Origin: Octopus sinensis
Taxonomy: Eukaryota
Reading direction: 5' to 3'
Length of the DNA stretch: 64,000 bases
NCBI RefSeq assembly: GCF_006345805.1
Contig: NC_043003.1
Span: forward strand, 14,322,001 to 14,386,000
The notes under the pieces were generated by a model that ran no database searches, was not told where the DNA came from, and saw only the letters and a program-made list of their open reading frames with translations. A program made the translations under genes and the position numbers. Below, one piece after another: positions 1-14,689 of this stretch (positions within the stretch are counted from its first letter, which is position 1; every line of letters begins with the position of its first letter).

Positions 1-243
1 GGACGTAAACACACCAGCATCGTTGTCAAGCAATGCTAGGGGACAAACACACAAACACACACCACATATATATATTACATATATACGACAGGCTTCTTTC
101 AGTTTCCGTCTACCAAATCCACTCACAAGGCATTGGTCGGCCCGGGGCTATAGCAGAAGACACTTGCCCAGATGCCACGCAGTGGGACTGAACCCGGAGC
201 TGTGGTTGGTTAGCAAGCCTTACCACACAGCCACTCTGCGCCT
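1..243 (-). mobile_element. Partial copy of the dominant bipartite SINE (family A), cut by the window edge
   Basis: Reverse complement of the head GGAGTGGCTGTGTGGTAAG...GGTTCAGTCCCACTGCGTGGCA seen in many copies in the window. Confidence 0.85.
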
Positions 244-309
244 ATAATAATAATATATCTGTAAAGGAATTTGAAAAGTTAAGTTAGCTTGCTTACCAAC
301 CACAATAGC

Positions 310-690
310 ATCATCATCATCATCATCATCGTTTAACGTCCGCTTTCTGTGCTAGCGTGGGTTGGATGATTTGACTGAGGACTGGTGAACCAGATGACTG
401 CACCAGGCTCCAATCTGATCTGGCAGAGTTTCTACAACTGGATGCCCTTCCTAACGCCAATCACTCCAAGAGTGTAGTGGGTGCTTTTATGTGTCACCGG
501 CATGAAGGCCAGTCATGTGGTACTGGCAATGGCCACACTCAAATGGTGTTTTTTACGTGCCACCAGTACAGTAGCCAGTCCACAAGTGCCAGTAAGGCAA
601 TGCTTGTAATGAGCACGCTCAAATGGTGCTTTTTACGTGCCACCAGCACAGAAGCTCGGATGGTGCTCTTAGTGCTCCACTAGCACAGAT
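310..690 (-). mobile_element. RTE LINE 3' UTR fragment with (ATG)n tail and ~45-bp subrepeats
   Basis: Same sequence follows the RTE ORF at 16190-16447; (CAT)n tail at 310-330. Confidence 0.75.
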
Positions 691-1215
691 GTGACATTTT
701 GATGGCATGCACTGCTCTCTAAGTCAATAATAATAATAATGATGATGTTGTTGTTGTTGATAATGATGATAATGATGATAACAATAATAATAATTATTAT
801 TATCATTATTATTATTATTATAATGTACCTGTGTTGAGTGAGAAAAATGTTGGCTTCAAAGCTGAATGCAATAATAATGATGATGATTATGATGATGATG
901 TTGAGTACTGGGGTTGATTCATTCGACTAAAAACTTCTTCAAAACAGTGCTCCAGCATGGCCATAGTCTAATGTCTGAAGCAAGTAAAAGTTAAAAGACA
1001 AATGATAAATGTATGAAAATCTTTATCCTTTGTCTAATGCGACCTCGAGATACGCAGGCTTTCTGCACACCATCCTATCCTGACGTTGTTGCCCCGCATC
1101 ACACAACATCATATACTGAAGTGCAGTTAGGAACTCATGACTGAGTCCAATCTTTGGTTACGTGTCTCACTTCATGGCCCTTCTTTCGGTATGTGTGTGT
1201 GTGTTTGTGTTTGTA

Positions 1216-1599
1216 GTGGAGGCGCAATGGCCCAGTGGTTAGGGCAGCGGACTCGCGGTCGTAGGATCGTGGTTTCAATTCCCAGACCGGGCATTGTGAG
1301 TGTTTATTGAGCGAAAACACCTAAAGCTCCACGAGGCTCCAGCAGGGGATGGTGGTGATCCCTGCTGTACTCTTTCACCACAACTTTCTCTCACTCTTAC
1401 TTCCTGTTTCTGTTGTACCTGTATTTCAAAGGGCCGGCCTTGTCACTCTGTGTCACGCTGAATATCCCCGAGAACTACGTTAAGGGTACACGTGTCTGTG
1501 GAGTGCTCAGCCACTTACACGTTAATTTCATGAGCAGGCTGTTCCGTTAATCGGATCAACCGGAACCCTCATCGTCGTAACCGACGGAGTGCTTCCATA
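1216..1599 (+). mobile_element. Full-length tRNA-derived SINE (family C) with 17-bp target-site duplication
   Basis: A-box TGGCCCAGTGG and B-box GTTTCAATTCC; GTGTGTTTGTGTTTGTA at 1199-1215 and 1600-1616. Confidence 0.85.
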
Positions 1600-2212
1600 G
1601 TGTGTTTGTGTTTGTACTTGTAATGTACTACAGGTTGATTTACTCGACAATTGCCCTTCATAACTTTTATGGCTTTGTGCCAATGTTCAATGGAATCTTT
1701 TCAGAATTATGTCTTCAATGGCTTTTCAAAGCAGTATTTTGAACACATTTCAAATACATCTTTTTTTTTTTTTTGAAAGATGAAATACCACAAAATTTCC
1801 CCTTCCAGGATGGCTGTCTGCAGAAAAAAATAATGTCCAATGACAGAAATTAAGTCTTTATGTGTTTTGTGGCGAGTATTTACTTGGTGTAAGAGCATTC
1901 AGATACCCAAGAAAATGAAAACTTTACATGCACACACACACACACACGCACACACACACACACAGCCTAGATATTTAGGTTAAAAAATTGAACAGAAGCA
2001 CGACAAAGGAACAAATGAAAATTTCACACACAAGCCATGATCATGCCCTTCCCTTGTTAGTTACATCCAAGAGTCATTACAATTTCACTCCTTTAATGAT
2101 AATATTGTTCATTTTGGTAGCATCAATAGTAAAAAAAAAGCTGCTGGGAATAATGAGCGAACATGGGGGATGATGACAAAAACAAACATGATCCAGGTAG
2201 TGGGTACGACTA

Positions 2213-2735
2213 CTGTAAATCCTCAAGTATAATCCACATTTTTTCCCCAAAATTTAAAGGTCAAAATCCCTAGTGCGTACTATATACGAGGTTAAAAATG
2301 AAAAGTATTTTCTAAGCAATATCCGAGTCTATATTTGCTGTCTGGCAATGTTTATTCAGACGCATTTTGTGATTTTGGGCGCAAAAATACCTTAAGCTAA
2401 GCCGGAAAGCAATGAAGTCATAAAAGAATCATCCATAACTTGCAGTAAGCAACATTTATTAAAATAAAAGTATTCAGAACACAGAATAACATGTAACAAA
2501 AACAATTTTCAAACATATTTACAATTCCCATATTACAGTTAAGAACATCACCATTATTGTATTACGCATGCGAGGAAGTGTTTGTTCGACTAGGTGCTGC
2601 TGGCTTAATCGCGCACAACTCAAGTTAGAGAAAGGGTATGTATTATACACAAGGTTTAGGTTTTTCAGGGGTACAGCCCCCTAAAAATCCTTTGTGTATT
2701 ATACTCAAGAGCAAACTATCTTCGAGGATTTGCAG
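2213..2735. mobile_element. Tc1/mariner-superfamily (pogo-like) MITE
   Basis: TIRs CTGTAAATCCTCAAG / TTCGAGGATTTGCAG flanked by TA; second copy at 31254-31765. Confidence 0.8.
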
Positions 2736-3496
2736 TATATACAATCAAAATATAGGTCTTACGACTCTGAGACAGCAATAGGACAAGACATATGTATAAG
2801 GGATGCAATAGAAAATGAGGTGCTATAGGACTGGAACAGGAAAGTAGAGAGGTGAAAAGATAGAGTGAAAGTTACAATGAAAGGTGAGGAAAGAAAACGA
2901 ACTCAGTGTTAAGGGTAAAGGAGAAAGCGAGAGCTCAGGAAAAACGTGACAAAACATGTCAATGGTCAAGTGTAAAAAAGTTGTTATGTGTGTGTGTGTG
3001 AGTATGTGTACATATGTATGTATTCTTTAAAGAAGCGGGAGCTTGTTTGTCCTCTGTGTTTAGCCCCTTGTGGGTAGTAAAGAAATAGATATAAAGTATA
3101 AATGATAGAAAGCACGTTTCCTATTTTCAAAAAAATATATATACAAATAAATGATTATGTGATTAATCTTATATTACTACAAATACAGCAGAAGATACTG
3201 CCAAGAATATATTCGCATGTTTTTAAGCTTTGTTGTATGCTTTTCTGTGCAATCAAAAATCATTACAAGGAGATCGCCATTTCACAATTTCCTGCACCAC
3301 CCAGAGAATCTGTCACAAATCTCAGAAGACTCAAACAGTGATTCCAGCAGCGGCTGAAATGAACTCCAAAGATATAAAATGGACATTGTTACTATTTCTT
3401 TCCTTTTTGCTTTTTTTTTTTCCAGCCAATATTGCTAAGAGCGGGCAATTTTCCAGACTAAGAATTGATATCTGTAATAATAGTGATTATATCAGA

Positions 3497-3835
3497 GCAG
3501 GCATGGCTGTGTGGTTAAGAAGGTCGCTTTGCAACCATTTGGTTTTGGGTTCAGTCCCACCGTGCAGCATCTCTTACTATAACTCCAGGCCGACCAATGC
3601 CTTGTGAGCGAAACTCATGAAAGCCTGTCGTATTTATAATCATATATTTATCTCCCCCCCCCCATAGCTAGTTGGTTTGTTTTTGTCCTTGTAACTTAGC
3701 GGTTCGGCAAAAGAGACCAACAGAATAAGTATCAGATTTTAAAGAATTAGTAAGGAGAATATGTTCAACTAAATATCCTTTAAGACGGTGCTCCAGCATG
3801 GCTGCAGTTCAATGATTGAAGCATATAAAAGTTAA
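3497..3835 (+). mobile_element. Degenerate SINE family A
   Basis: Head GGCATGGCTGTGTGGTTAAG and tail GGTGCTCCAGCATGG. Confidence 0.75.
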
Positions 3836-3874
3836 GTGATACAACAATAGTCTTGCATTTATAGGAAATCAAAA

Positions 3875-4360
3875 TCATCATCATCATCATCGTTTAACAT
3901 CCGCTTTCCATACTAGCATGGGTTGGACGATTTGACTGAGGACTGGCGAACCAGATGGCTGCACCAGGCTCCAATCTTGATCTGGCAGAGTTTCTACAGC
4001 GGGATGCCTTTCCTAATGCCAACCACTCCAAGAGTGTAGTGGGTGCTTTTATGTGCCACCGGCATGAAGGCCAGTCAGGCGGTACTGGCAACGGCCACGC
4101 TTAAATGGTGTTTTTTACGTGCCACCTGCACAGGAGCCATTCCAGCAGCACTGGCAATGACCTTGCTCGAATGTTTTTTCACATGCCACTGGCACAAGTG
4201 CCAGTAAGGCGATGCTGGTAACGATCACGCTCGAATGGTGTGAAGCCAGTTAGCTGCTCTGGCAATGATCATGCTCGGATGGTTCTCTTAGCGCTCCACT
4301 TGCACGGATGCCTGTCATCAAATTTGATTTCAATTTTACTTGCCTCAGCAGGTCTTTGCA
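3875..4360 (-). mobile_element. RTE LINE 3' UTR fragment with subrepeats and (ATG)n tail
   Basis: GGAAAGGCATCCCGCTGTAGAAAC box on the minus strand; repeated GTGCCAC units. Confidence 0.75.
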
Positions 4361-4699
4361 AGTAGAGTTAGATCTTCGCACATTAAAGACAGAATGGAAC
4401 TTAGGTGACTTCGGTCAAGGACTGAAAGAAATTGTGACGTGCTATCAGACTGATGTAGGTTTATCTCTACAACATGGCGCTTGCCATATGGAAAAGGAAG
4501 CTATTGTAAGGATTTGTTATGAAGAACACTGATGTGTGTTGAGCTTTATATTTACAAAATATATATTCTTTATGTAAACAAAAAGCAATGAACAACAGAC
4601 ATTGATAGTGTTTGGATATCATTGGTTTAGGGTTGATGTGGCAGTAGCAGCAGTCAAAAGGTTAACTACTAGTCGTTGTGTTGCAGTTGCTGATTGCTT

Positions 4700-5040
4700 G
4701 TTGAGCGAAGCGGTCTTTGTCCCTAGTGGGAGAAGTCCGAAACATGGTCCTTTGGTATTGGTAAGACCCACAGAAGAGAAAGCAAGTCAACCCCCAACAC
4801 CGAGAGCATTGACGGATGGATGAATGCACATCCAGGCTCAGCTGTTGTGTAGGAAGTCGAGAACAAGAAACAGGAAGAAAGAGTGAGAGAAAGCTGGAGC
4901 AAATGAGCACAACAGGGGTCGCCACCACCCCATGCTAGAGCCTTGTGGAGTTTCAGGTGTTTTCGCCCAATAAACACACACAACGCCCGGTCTGGGAATC
5001 GAAACCGCATTCCTCTGACCGCGAGGCCATTGCACCTCCA
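4700..5040 (-). mobile_element. tRNA-headed SINE (family C head with a different 3' body)
   Basis: 4860-5040 is the reverse complement of the 1216-1410 head; the rest diverges. Confidence 0.7.
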
Positions 5041-5482
5041 CTGCTGTTACTGATCATTCATTGTGGTTAGCTGCTTGTCATGCTATTAATTTTGAATGTC
5101 TTTCGTCCACTGACCATCCATTGCATTTGTTGTCAGCTTGGGTCAGCTATTATCTACCGTCTCTGTCAAAGTATCTAAGGAGTACCAAACTTACAGTGAT
5201 GAGTAGGCTCAGAGAGAAAGATGCGAAAAGATGAAATTGTTGGTAAAGCCAGTTCTAGGTGAAATCTTAATTGGACAAATTTTTTTGATTATGTGGGTAA
5301 TATTCTAGCGAAGAATGACATTGGATATAGTGATCAGGTTGCTAAATATTACCACTACAGATATGAAATTCAAATGTGAAATTACCAGTTTGCTGTCATG
5401 AACGAAACACACCATTTTCATGTGAATAAACCTAAGAATAGACCAATCAGCTGGAAATTATGCCATGAACATCATCTCAAAT

Positions 5483-5820
5483 ATTTCGTTTTTGGATTTG
5501 GTTTGCAAGATTCTTTATATGAGTTCGTGTTTTGAAGCATATTCTGTTGTGTCTGGGGAGAGTCATTTTCTTTTTGTGCCTTATAATTTAACACACTCAC
5601 CGGTAAAATTTCCGCTTATTTCTTATTTTTATTTTCCTAAAATTTTCGTTGCGTCTTGCAACCTTTTCAATAGTCTTGACTCTCTCCGTTATTTACACTA
5701 CGTTCCTTTTTGTTTTTTGCTTGTTTGTTTGTTTTAGGAAAATAAAAATAAGAAATAAGTGAAATTTTACCGGTGAGTGTTTTAAATTATAAGGTAGAAA
5801 AAGAAAACGACTCTCCCCAG
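5483..5820. mobile_element. Fold-back insertion with 14-bp target-site duplication (family also at 8231-8566 and 44141-44490)
   Basis: Internal inverted arms; ACATCATCTCAAAT on both flanks (5469-5482 and about 5821-5834). Confidence 0.75.
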
Positions 5821-6094
5821 ACATCATCTCAAATGTTCTTGAAATTCACACTCCATTTCGCTAGTTAAGCTATTTGGTGCCTAAATGATCCCTGAGTGTT
5901 AATGATATTTCAAGCAGGACAAATTTTGGCTCTCTCCAAGCAAATCAAGAAAGACTTTAATGAGTTTCAGCAGACTCAAATCTTTTTGCCTCTCATTATC
6001 CAGACAACAAATGATTATGCAAATACAATTAAGTCGATCCCTACATCCTAGTCTCTTTACCAGTGATGATTTGATAATTTATGTATGTATACAT

Positions 6095-6487
6095 AGGTGC
6101 AGGAGTGGCTGTGTGATAAGTAGCTTGCTTACCAACTACATGGTTCTGGGTTCAGTCCCACTGCGTGGAACCTTGGGCAAGTGTCTTCTACTATAGCCTC
6201 AGGCTGACCAAAGCCTTGTGAGTGGATTTGGTAGACGGAAGCTGAAAGAAGCCCATCATATATATATATTTGTGTGTGTGTGTGTGTGTGTGTCTATGTT
6301 TGTCCCCCCAACATCTCTTGATACTGATGCTGGTGTATTTGCATCACTGTAACTTAGCGGTTTGGCAAAAGAGACTGATAGAATAAGTACTAGGCTTACA
6401 AAGAATAAGTCCTGAGGTTGATTTGTTCAACTAAAGGCAGTGCTCCAGCATGGCCGCAGTCAATGACTGAAACAAGTAAAAGAAAAG
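6095..6487 (+). mobile_element. Full-length bipartite SINE family A with internal (TA)/(TG) linker
   Basis: Head, microsatellite linker and tail ...ATGACTGAAACAAGTAAAAG. Confidence 0.85.
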
Positions 6488-8230
6488 AATACATGCTTGA
6501 AAGCGTCTAGCGTGGCACCCCAAAAACCGTCTGCATCAGTTAAGAGATCTTGATGATGATGATACATGCAAGCCTTCCCTTGATATAATCGGTTGGTAAA
6601 TAAATGTCCACGGGCCAGCTTTTGTTGTAATATATGTAGCCAGCCTTTTCTCATATAACGATTAATATAGTAACAACATCAACCTCGACAATGACACAAC
6701 ATACCTCAATATCAAAAACAGTGACTTTGTTGTATCACAAAGCAATGTCAAGAGCCGGAAAAGAAAAACATCTGGTTATCTGAGACTGCGATGCAGCTTC
6801 CACTGTAATGATTATATGTAGCAGATAAATGACAGGTAGAAAGATTATTAATTGATAGAGTCTTTATATATGATTGTTAAGATGTAAGATATAACTTCGA
6901 CTTGTACACAGATTATTTGCCATTTTGTTATCCATTCCGTAGGTAGTTAAGCCCATCTTTTTCGACTGCTAGGAGAATGGCTGAAAGCAGGAGAGAGAAA
7001 GATTAAAAGAATTTAGACAAATAGAGAAGGTAAAAGTTGTGTGGTACCTCGTATGAGGTGCTTCTTCCGCCAGCACCAAAACAAAAGGAAGAACTAACTG
7101 AATTTAGGTTCCGTATTTATATTTTTTCCTAGCTAAATAAGGTCAGATTAAACAAAAGAATTTTCGTCCCTTGTCGTCTGCCTTGACCTAAGTTTGAATC
7201 AAAAGCTCACAAGTTTACTGTTGACTCATAAATTTCCTAGTACTAATTCCACGAACAGAACTTGTAGAAAAATCTAGGCTAGGTTTCGAATCTTGGCTAA
7301 GAATCTTAGAATATATTCGCTACACCGCTCTCAGTTAAAGTTGTTCACTTAATCACAATTGCACACTTTTTGGATTGTGCCTCGTTGAAACAAAATTTAC
7401 TGACAGAATCTTTCGAGCGTTGGACAAAATGCCTGACACTCTTTAAGCATTGTATTATAATATCGCCGATGTAAACTTTTCTTTTCATTCTTCCAGAGTC
7501 GATAAAATATCAGTTTTCTAACATATATTTCTTTTATTTACAAGTACTGTTGTCAGATTAATATTCCTTTAAGGCATCTTAGTTGTGAATGGAAATTATC
7601 CCACAATACACGACGATATCCAATACAATTTGGTGGTTAAGGCTGAGCAGAACACCTGACTCGATATTTCACTGGGTCTCCTAAGTAAATACCTTATCGT
7701 TCTAGGTCCAAATACGATTTATTTTTCTATTTTCTACTAGCAATTCAATCGAAAAATAACTTTATTTCTCTCTCGAATATCGTTTTAAAAATCGTTGTTT
7801 AAAGATGCCTGTATGTAAACTAACAGTCTACAACGAACCATTTTTCCATATGAATCGAGTAAAACGGATGTCAGTTTGTTCAGATGAGCATGAATGAGTC
7901 AGCTGTAGATGCAAAACATACCGAATTGGTTGCTTTGTTACTTTGTCTTTATTGCTTCATGAACGGGACTCCGAAAAAGATGTGCATATGAAGATGAGAA
8001 AGAGTGAATGAGAATACCTAAAAACTTCAAAGAGAAGAGGTAAAATCTTTATTATGATCATGAGATCGAACACAGAAAAGGACATAACAAGACAGACAAA
8101 TACAAAACTTATACGAGTTCGAACGAAACTTTTAAAAATTTAATTATATGAAATAAACGAATCATTGGCTTACTTTTGCCTTTAAACGAAAAACTTTTTT
8201 TTTAAAATTAAAACTAGAGAACATAACATG

Positions 8231-8566
8231 ATATTTCGATTTTGGATTTGGTTTGCAAGATTCTTTATATGAGTTCGTGTGTTGAAGCATATTCTGTTGT
8301 GTCTGGGGAGAGTCATTTTCTTTTTGTGCCTTATTATGTAACACACTCACCGGTAAAATTTCCACTTTTTAAATTTTTATTGTCCTAAAATTTTCGTTTT
8401 GACTCTGTCCGTTGTTTACACTGCCTCAAAACTATTGAAAAGGTTGCAAGACGCAACGAAAATTTTAGGACAATAAAAATAAGAAAAAAAGTGGAAATAT
8501 TACCGGTGAGTGTGTTACATAATGAGGCACAAAAAGAAAATGACTCTCCCCAGACACAACAGAATA
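8231..8566. mobile_element. Fold-back insertion, same family as 5483-5820
   Basis: Shared start ATATTTCG...GGATTTGGTTTGCAAG and inverted arm. Confidence 0.75.
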
Positions 8567-8685
8567 ACATATGATAATAAAAGGTAAAAGAACAGCAGGT
8601 TCAAAAACTGAACCCGGCAGCCTACAAAGGCCCAACAACTCGTTTTTCCTTTCTTCGATGATTAAGCTGGGTTACTAACACCCAC

Positions 8686-8739
8686 CTTTCTCATCACATC
8701 CTTCCATCGTTTTTCGTATTCACTCCGTGGCAGGGGTCT
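8686..8739 (-). CDS. Putative 54-nt internal exon (RPLPRSEYEKRWKDVMRK), gene unknown
   Basis: Acceptor cttctctttgcag, donor AAG|gtgggt, only phase 0 is open; no homology recognised. Confidence 0.25.
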
Positions 8740-9311
8740 CTGCAAAGAGAAGAGGTTTAAATTATCACTGACAATTCAACTATTATATAAGACACAAGTG
8801 TAACAAACAGATTTATAGGGAAAAGGAATTTGTGTCCGTTATTTGTGCTTCTCCTCAGCGCTAAACCAAGTAAAACCCAATTGTGGGACCACGGATGTTA
8901 CCTATTCAAATTAAGTAGAAAGTAAAAGAATTAAAACCTGAATAAATAAATAATAATCGTTGTATAAATTGTATGTTGTCTAGACTAATATAGTTTGGTT
9001 TGCTAAACGTGTGAAGCGATATGAAATATGTGAAAATAACCACATACATTAATCAGGTAAATGGTAAGCAGTTATATGTGACGCATGGCATCTCACTCTC
9101 TCTCTCTTTCTTGTTTAAATATACAGATATGTTAGTACAAGAGAAAGAGAGAGCTTTATGCTTTACATCCCTGTTTCTCTCTCCCCCACTCTTTTGTACT
9201 GGTATGTCTGTATGTGAATGAAAGAGAGAGAGAGAGAAAGATACAGATACAAAGACAGAGATAAAGAAAGACAAAGAAAGGAAGGCAGAGAGAAAGACAG
9301 CTTCATGCATT

Positions 9312-10460
<1,149 letters not shown>

Positions 10461-10739
10461 CGTATGTGTATGTCTATCTGTCAATCCATCCACCCTCCCA
10501 TTATTCTACCCATCTCACTTGTGAGTGTGTCGTCGTGCACCCACAAATACACACACACAAACACAAAAAATGGCAGCAGATAAACAGATTTCCCCTGTCA
10601 ACAAATCTCATATGTACATCTACTATACGTATGTAAGTATGCATGCCTGTACATATGCATATATCTGTGTATAATCCCATAAAACATCAGCTGTATGCAG
10701 TGTTCTTCTTCTTCCTAGACCAGGTAATTCAATGCTTGT

Positions 10740-11005
10740 CTGTGTGTAAGGGCTTGGAAGTCGATTTTGAGTCTAAAGAGACATATGGCGGTTCACAGAG
10801 ATCAGATCTCACAAAGTGATCCGATCAATCCGGTGGAAGCTTGAGCTTTTCATCTGTCACCTCTGCTTCAGACTATGCAGATCTGCAAAGGGACTGAATA
10901 GTCATCTGAGAGGTCGTGGATGGAAGGTCAGAGAAATGCCATTGACAACGAGGAAACTCAGTGAGACGGCAATCTTTTGTGAAAATGGAAAATGGAAGCA
11001 ATCAC
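10740..11005 (+). mobile_element. RTE-type LINE 3' end with terminal C2H2-like motif
   Basis: FICHLCFRLCRSAKGLNSHLRG resembles the RTE C-terminal CxxC..S..GL.SH.R motif; followed by (TATG)n. Confidence 0.6.
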
Positions 11006-11006
11006 T

Positions 11007-11151
11007 ATGTATGTATGTATGTATGGATGTGTGTGTATGTATGTATGTGTGTATGTATGTATGTATGTATGTATGTATGTATGTATGTATGTATGTATGT
11101 GTGTATGTATGTATGTATGTATGTATGTATGTATGTATGTATGTGTGTGTG

Positions 11152-11185
<34 letters not shown>

Positions 11186-11527
11186 TGTATGTGTGTGTGT
11201 ATGTATGTATGTATGTATGTATGTATGTATGTATGTACATACGTATGTATGTATGAATGTTTGCATGTATGTATGTATGTATGTATGTATGTGTGTGTAT
11301 GTATGTATGTATGTATGTATGTATGTATGCATGTATGTATATATGTATGTGTGTATGTATGTATGTATGTATGTTTGCATGTATGTATGTATGTATGTAT
11401 GTGTATGTATGTATGTATGTATGTATGCATGTATGTATATATGTATGTGTGTACGTATGTATGTATGTGTGTACGTATGTATGTGTGTGTATGTATGTAT
11501 GTATGTATGTTTGCATGTATGTATGTA
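11007..11527. repeat. (TATG)n microsatellite
   Basis: Direct reading. Confidence 0.95.
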
Positions 11528-11744
11528 TGAGGGGTTGCTGAAAAGTTCCTGGATTTAAGGGTATTGCGAAATGTCTGGTAGGCAGCCCAACCTTCTGTGT
11601 TCTCTTAAAGGGCTTAGAAAAACTGAAGGACCGGTGCAATAAGTGTGTGAACCTGAGAGGGGAATGTTTTGAATAAAATCTTAATTAACTGATCCTCCTT
11701 TATTTTCTTTTACCCAAAGCCAGGAATTTTTCAGCACCCGCTTC
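11528..11744 (+). mobile_element. Mariner-derived MITE
   Basis: TIR GAGGGGTTGCTGAAAAGTTCCTG; carries transposase C-terminus KDRCNKCVNLRGECFE*; second copy at 16454-16654. Confidence 0.8.
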
Positions 11745-12120
11745 TTTACAGAATACATACATATGAACATTCATCCATCTACACGTAGATAAGTTCATAC
11801 ATACATGCACATATACATACATATATACATACATATATATATATATATCACCGTGACCGACCAGGCTATCAGATGTTGTTACACATCGATGGTCACAATG
11901 CGCTTCGCATTGTTTTAGCCTTGAAATGACGCCAACCTGCTGGCTAAGCGAGCAGGCCAACAGAAGAAAGAGTGAGAGAAAGTTGTGGCGAAAGAATACA
12001 GCAGGGATCGCCACCCCACCCCCTGCCGAAGCCTCGTGGAGTTTTAGGTGTTTTCGCTCAATAAACACTCACAATGCCCGGTCTGGTAATCGAAACCGCG
12101 ATCATACGACCGCGAGTCCG

Positions 12121-12166
<46 letters not shown>

Positions 12167-12639
12167 TCATCATCATCATCATCATTTAACATCCGCTTTC
12201 CATGCTAGCATGGGTTTGACTGAGGACTGGCGAACCAGATGGCTGCACCAAACTCCAATCTGATCTGGCAGAGTTTCTAAAGCTGGATGCCCTTCCTAAC
12301 GCCAACTACTCTGAGAGTGTAGTGGGTGCTTTTACGTGCCACCGGCACGAGGGCAAGTCAGGCGGTACTGACAATGGCCACGTTCAAATGGTGTTTTTTA
12401 CATGCCACCTGCACAGGAGCCAGTCCAGTGATTTCAATTTCACTTGCCTCAACAGGTCTTCGCAAGCAGCGTTTAGTGTCCAATGAAGGAAAGGTACGCA
12501 TAAGTAGACTGGTTACACCCCTGGATATATATATATATACATACATACACAAAAACACACACATACATACGTACGTGCTTGCTGCCTTACAGAACTAAAA
12601 AATATTAAAAGTGTGTGAACATGTTTTATTAATTATTCT

Positions 12640-12878
12640 TTTCTACTCTAGGCACAAGGCCTGAAATTTTTTTTTTGGGGGGTGCAGTCAATTAGATCGA
12701 TCCCAGTATGCAACTGGTACTAAATTAATAGGCCCCTGAAAGGCAAAGTCAACCTCAGCGGAATTTGAACTCAGAACATAAAGACAGACCAAATATCGCT
12801 AAGCGTTTCGCCCAGCATCCTAACATTTCCGCCAGCTTTCTACCTTTAAGTTTTATTAAGTATTAAAACAATGAGTCC

Positions 12879-12928
<50 letters not shown>

Positions 12929-13150
12929 AGATACTTTCACATTTTGGTACAAGGTCAGCAAGTTTGCTGAAGCATAAGTTGATTACATCAACCCCAGTAC
13001 TCTGCTGGTACTTACTTTTATCAGCCCCACAAGGATGAAAGGTTAAGCTGACCTCAGTGGAATTTGAACCCAGAAAACAACGATGAATGAAAGGCCACTA
13101 AGCATTTTGCCTTGGCATATACTAATGATTCTACCAGCTCACCACCTTAA
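12640..13150 (-). mobile_element. Two SINE family B copies separated by (AAT)n
   Basis: Reverse complement of GAGTTCAAATTCCGCCGAGGTCGACTTTGCCTTTCATCC core. Confidence 0.75.
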
Positions 13151-13184
13151 TAATGTTATTTATTATTATTATCATTATTATTGA

Positions 13185-13724
13185 GTGGCAGAGCAGTGCA
13201 TGCCATCAAAGTGACACTGGGGTTAAATATATGAAGCCCAGTATACCCTTCATGACTACCCATCTGATAAGGGCACACTAGGCACATGCATCACAACCAT
13301 ATGTGTATGACATGTTGATATATCAAGATAAACAGTGCATGACCTTGCAGGTGGGGCCTAGTTAGAATTTTCTTCTGGTTGAGTAACCCATCCCGCTCAA
13401 AAGGTCCCTGAATAAGGATTGTTTAAGGATGTTGAACAAACCACCCATGTTTCCAAAGGTGAATTATCCAAACCTCTAAGAATTCCTCTAAACACATGGT
13501 TATGATGCTCCCCCACTACTTCTGCTCGTGATCAGAGATGCATATATCGTCAGCCACTAAGGGACATACTCAACTGGTTACGGTCAAGCAACTGACAAGC
13601 AAATCTGTGGTATTGAGCAGAATATTTGCTGTAGTCCATCTTTTATACCAAGACAAAACAATGTACATGATAACACTGCCATTCAGTTAAGATCAGAAGC
13701 CATGAGAGCCACTGTCTGGTACTG

Positions 13725-13725
<1 letters not shown>
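13185..13725 (-). mobile_element. ~550-bp unclassified interspersed repeat embedded in (AAT)n
   Basis: Inverted near-copy of 40358-40912; tail fragment also at about 695-726. Confidence 0.7.
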
Positions 13726-13775
<50 letters not shown>

Positions 13776-14438
13776 CATTATTATTATCATTATTATTATT
13801 AAGGTGGTGAGCTGGCAGAAATGTTAGCACACCGAGCAAAATGCTTGGCAGTAATTCGTCCACCTGTATGTTCTAAGTTCAAGTTCTCTTGAGGTCATCT
13901 TTGCTTTCCATTCTTTCAGAGTTAATGAAACAGTTACCAGTTGAACACTGGGATTGATGTTATCGACTTCTCCCTTCCTCAAAATTGCTGGCCTTATGCC
14001 AAAATTTTAAAAAAAATTGCTATTTCACTTAATATGTCCAGACAATGTCCAGAGCTTTTGTACACCTGAGTGACTCAAAGCTTGTGAGAGAACTACTGAA
14101 GCGTATCATACTTCAATCAGCTTCAGAGATTTCCTGTACTGTTAGACTATAAAAGAAGAATATTTGGAATACCATCTGGGACTTACTAGCCAGTACCAAG
14201 CACTATGACTATCCATGAGTAACATTTATAAGTACTACATGAGTCATCTGATGGTATGTGGCTTTGTGGTTAGGCTCTTGTACTCACAATCGCAAGAGTA
14301 CAATTTCAATTCCTGGACCAGGTAGTGTTTTGTGTTCTTGAGTTATATTGACGCTATAGTAGTAGACATTTGCCCAAGATGCCATGCTGTGGGTTTGAAC
14401 TTGGAACCATATGGTTGGGAAGCAACTATGCCAGTGTC

Positions 14439-14497
<59 letters not shown>

Positions 14498-14637
14498 GTG
14501 TACATATATATATATGAAGTTTTGGTGTAATGAGATAAAAAACCAAGACTGTGTAGATAAGTTAAGTTAAGTTAATTTTTTGGCTCAAAAAGCAAAAAGC
14601 AAGGCCAAGTAGATATTAGAACACTTATAGATAGAAG

Positions 14638-14689
14638 GTTTTACAGCTGTTTCTAGGATATTTATTAATTATATCCCTTCATCGGAGAC
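14638..14689 (-). ncRNA. Degenerate type I hammerhead ribozyme motif
   Basis: CCGATGA-aGGGATAT..ATATCCTa-GAAAC-AGCT-GTA; core U to C change. Confidence 0.55.

Noticed and set aside
1216-1290. tRNA gene
   Set aside because: It is the head of a SINE bounded by a TSD, not a stand-alone tRNA.
3160-3360. Possible minus-strand terminal exon after ttcatttcag
   Set aside because: All frames stop within about 30 codons; cannot be linked to a gene.
4308-4532. 74-aa ORF with ordinary composition
   Set aside because: Begins inside a repeat; no recognisable homology or splice support.
10902-11639. Long ORFs up to 245 aa
   Set aside because: Stop-free (TATG)n read-through.
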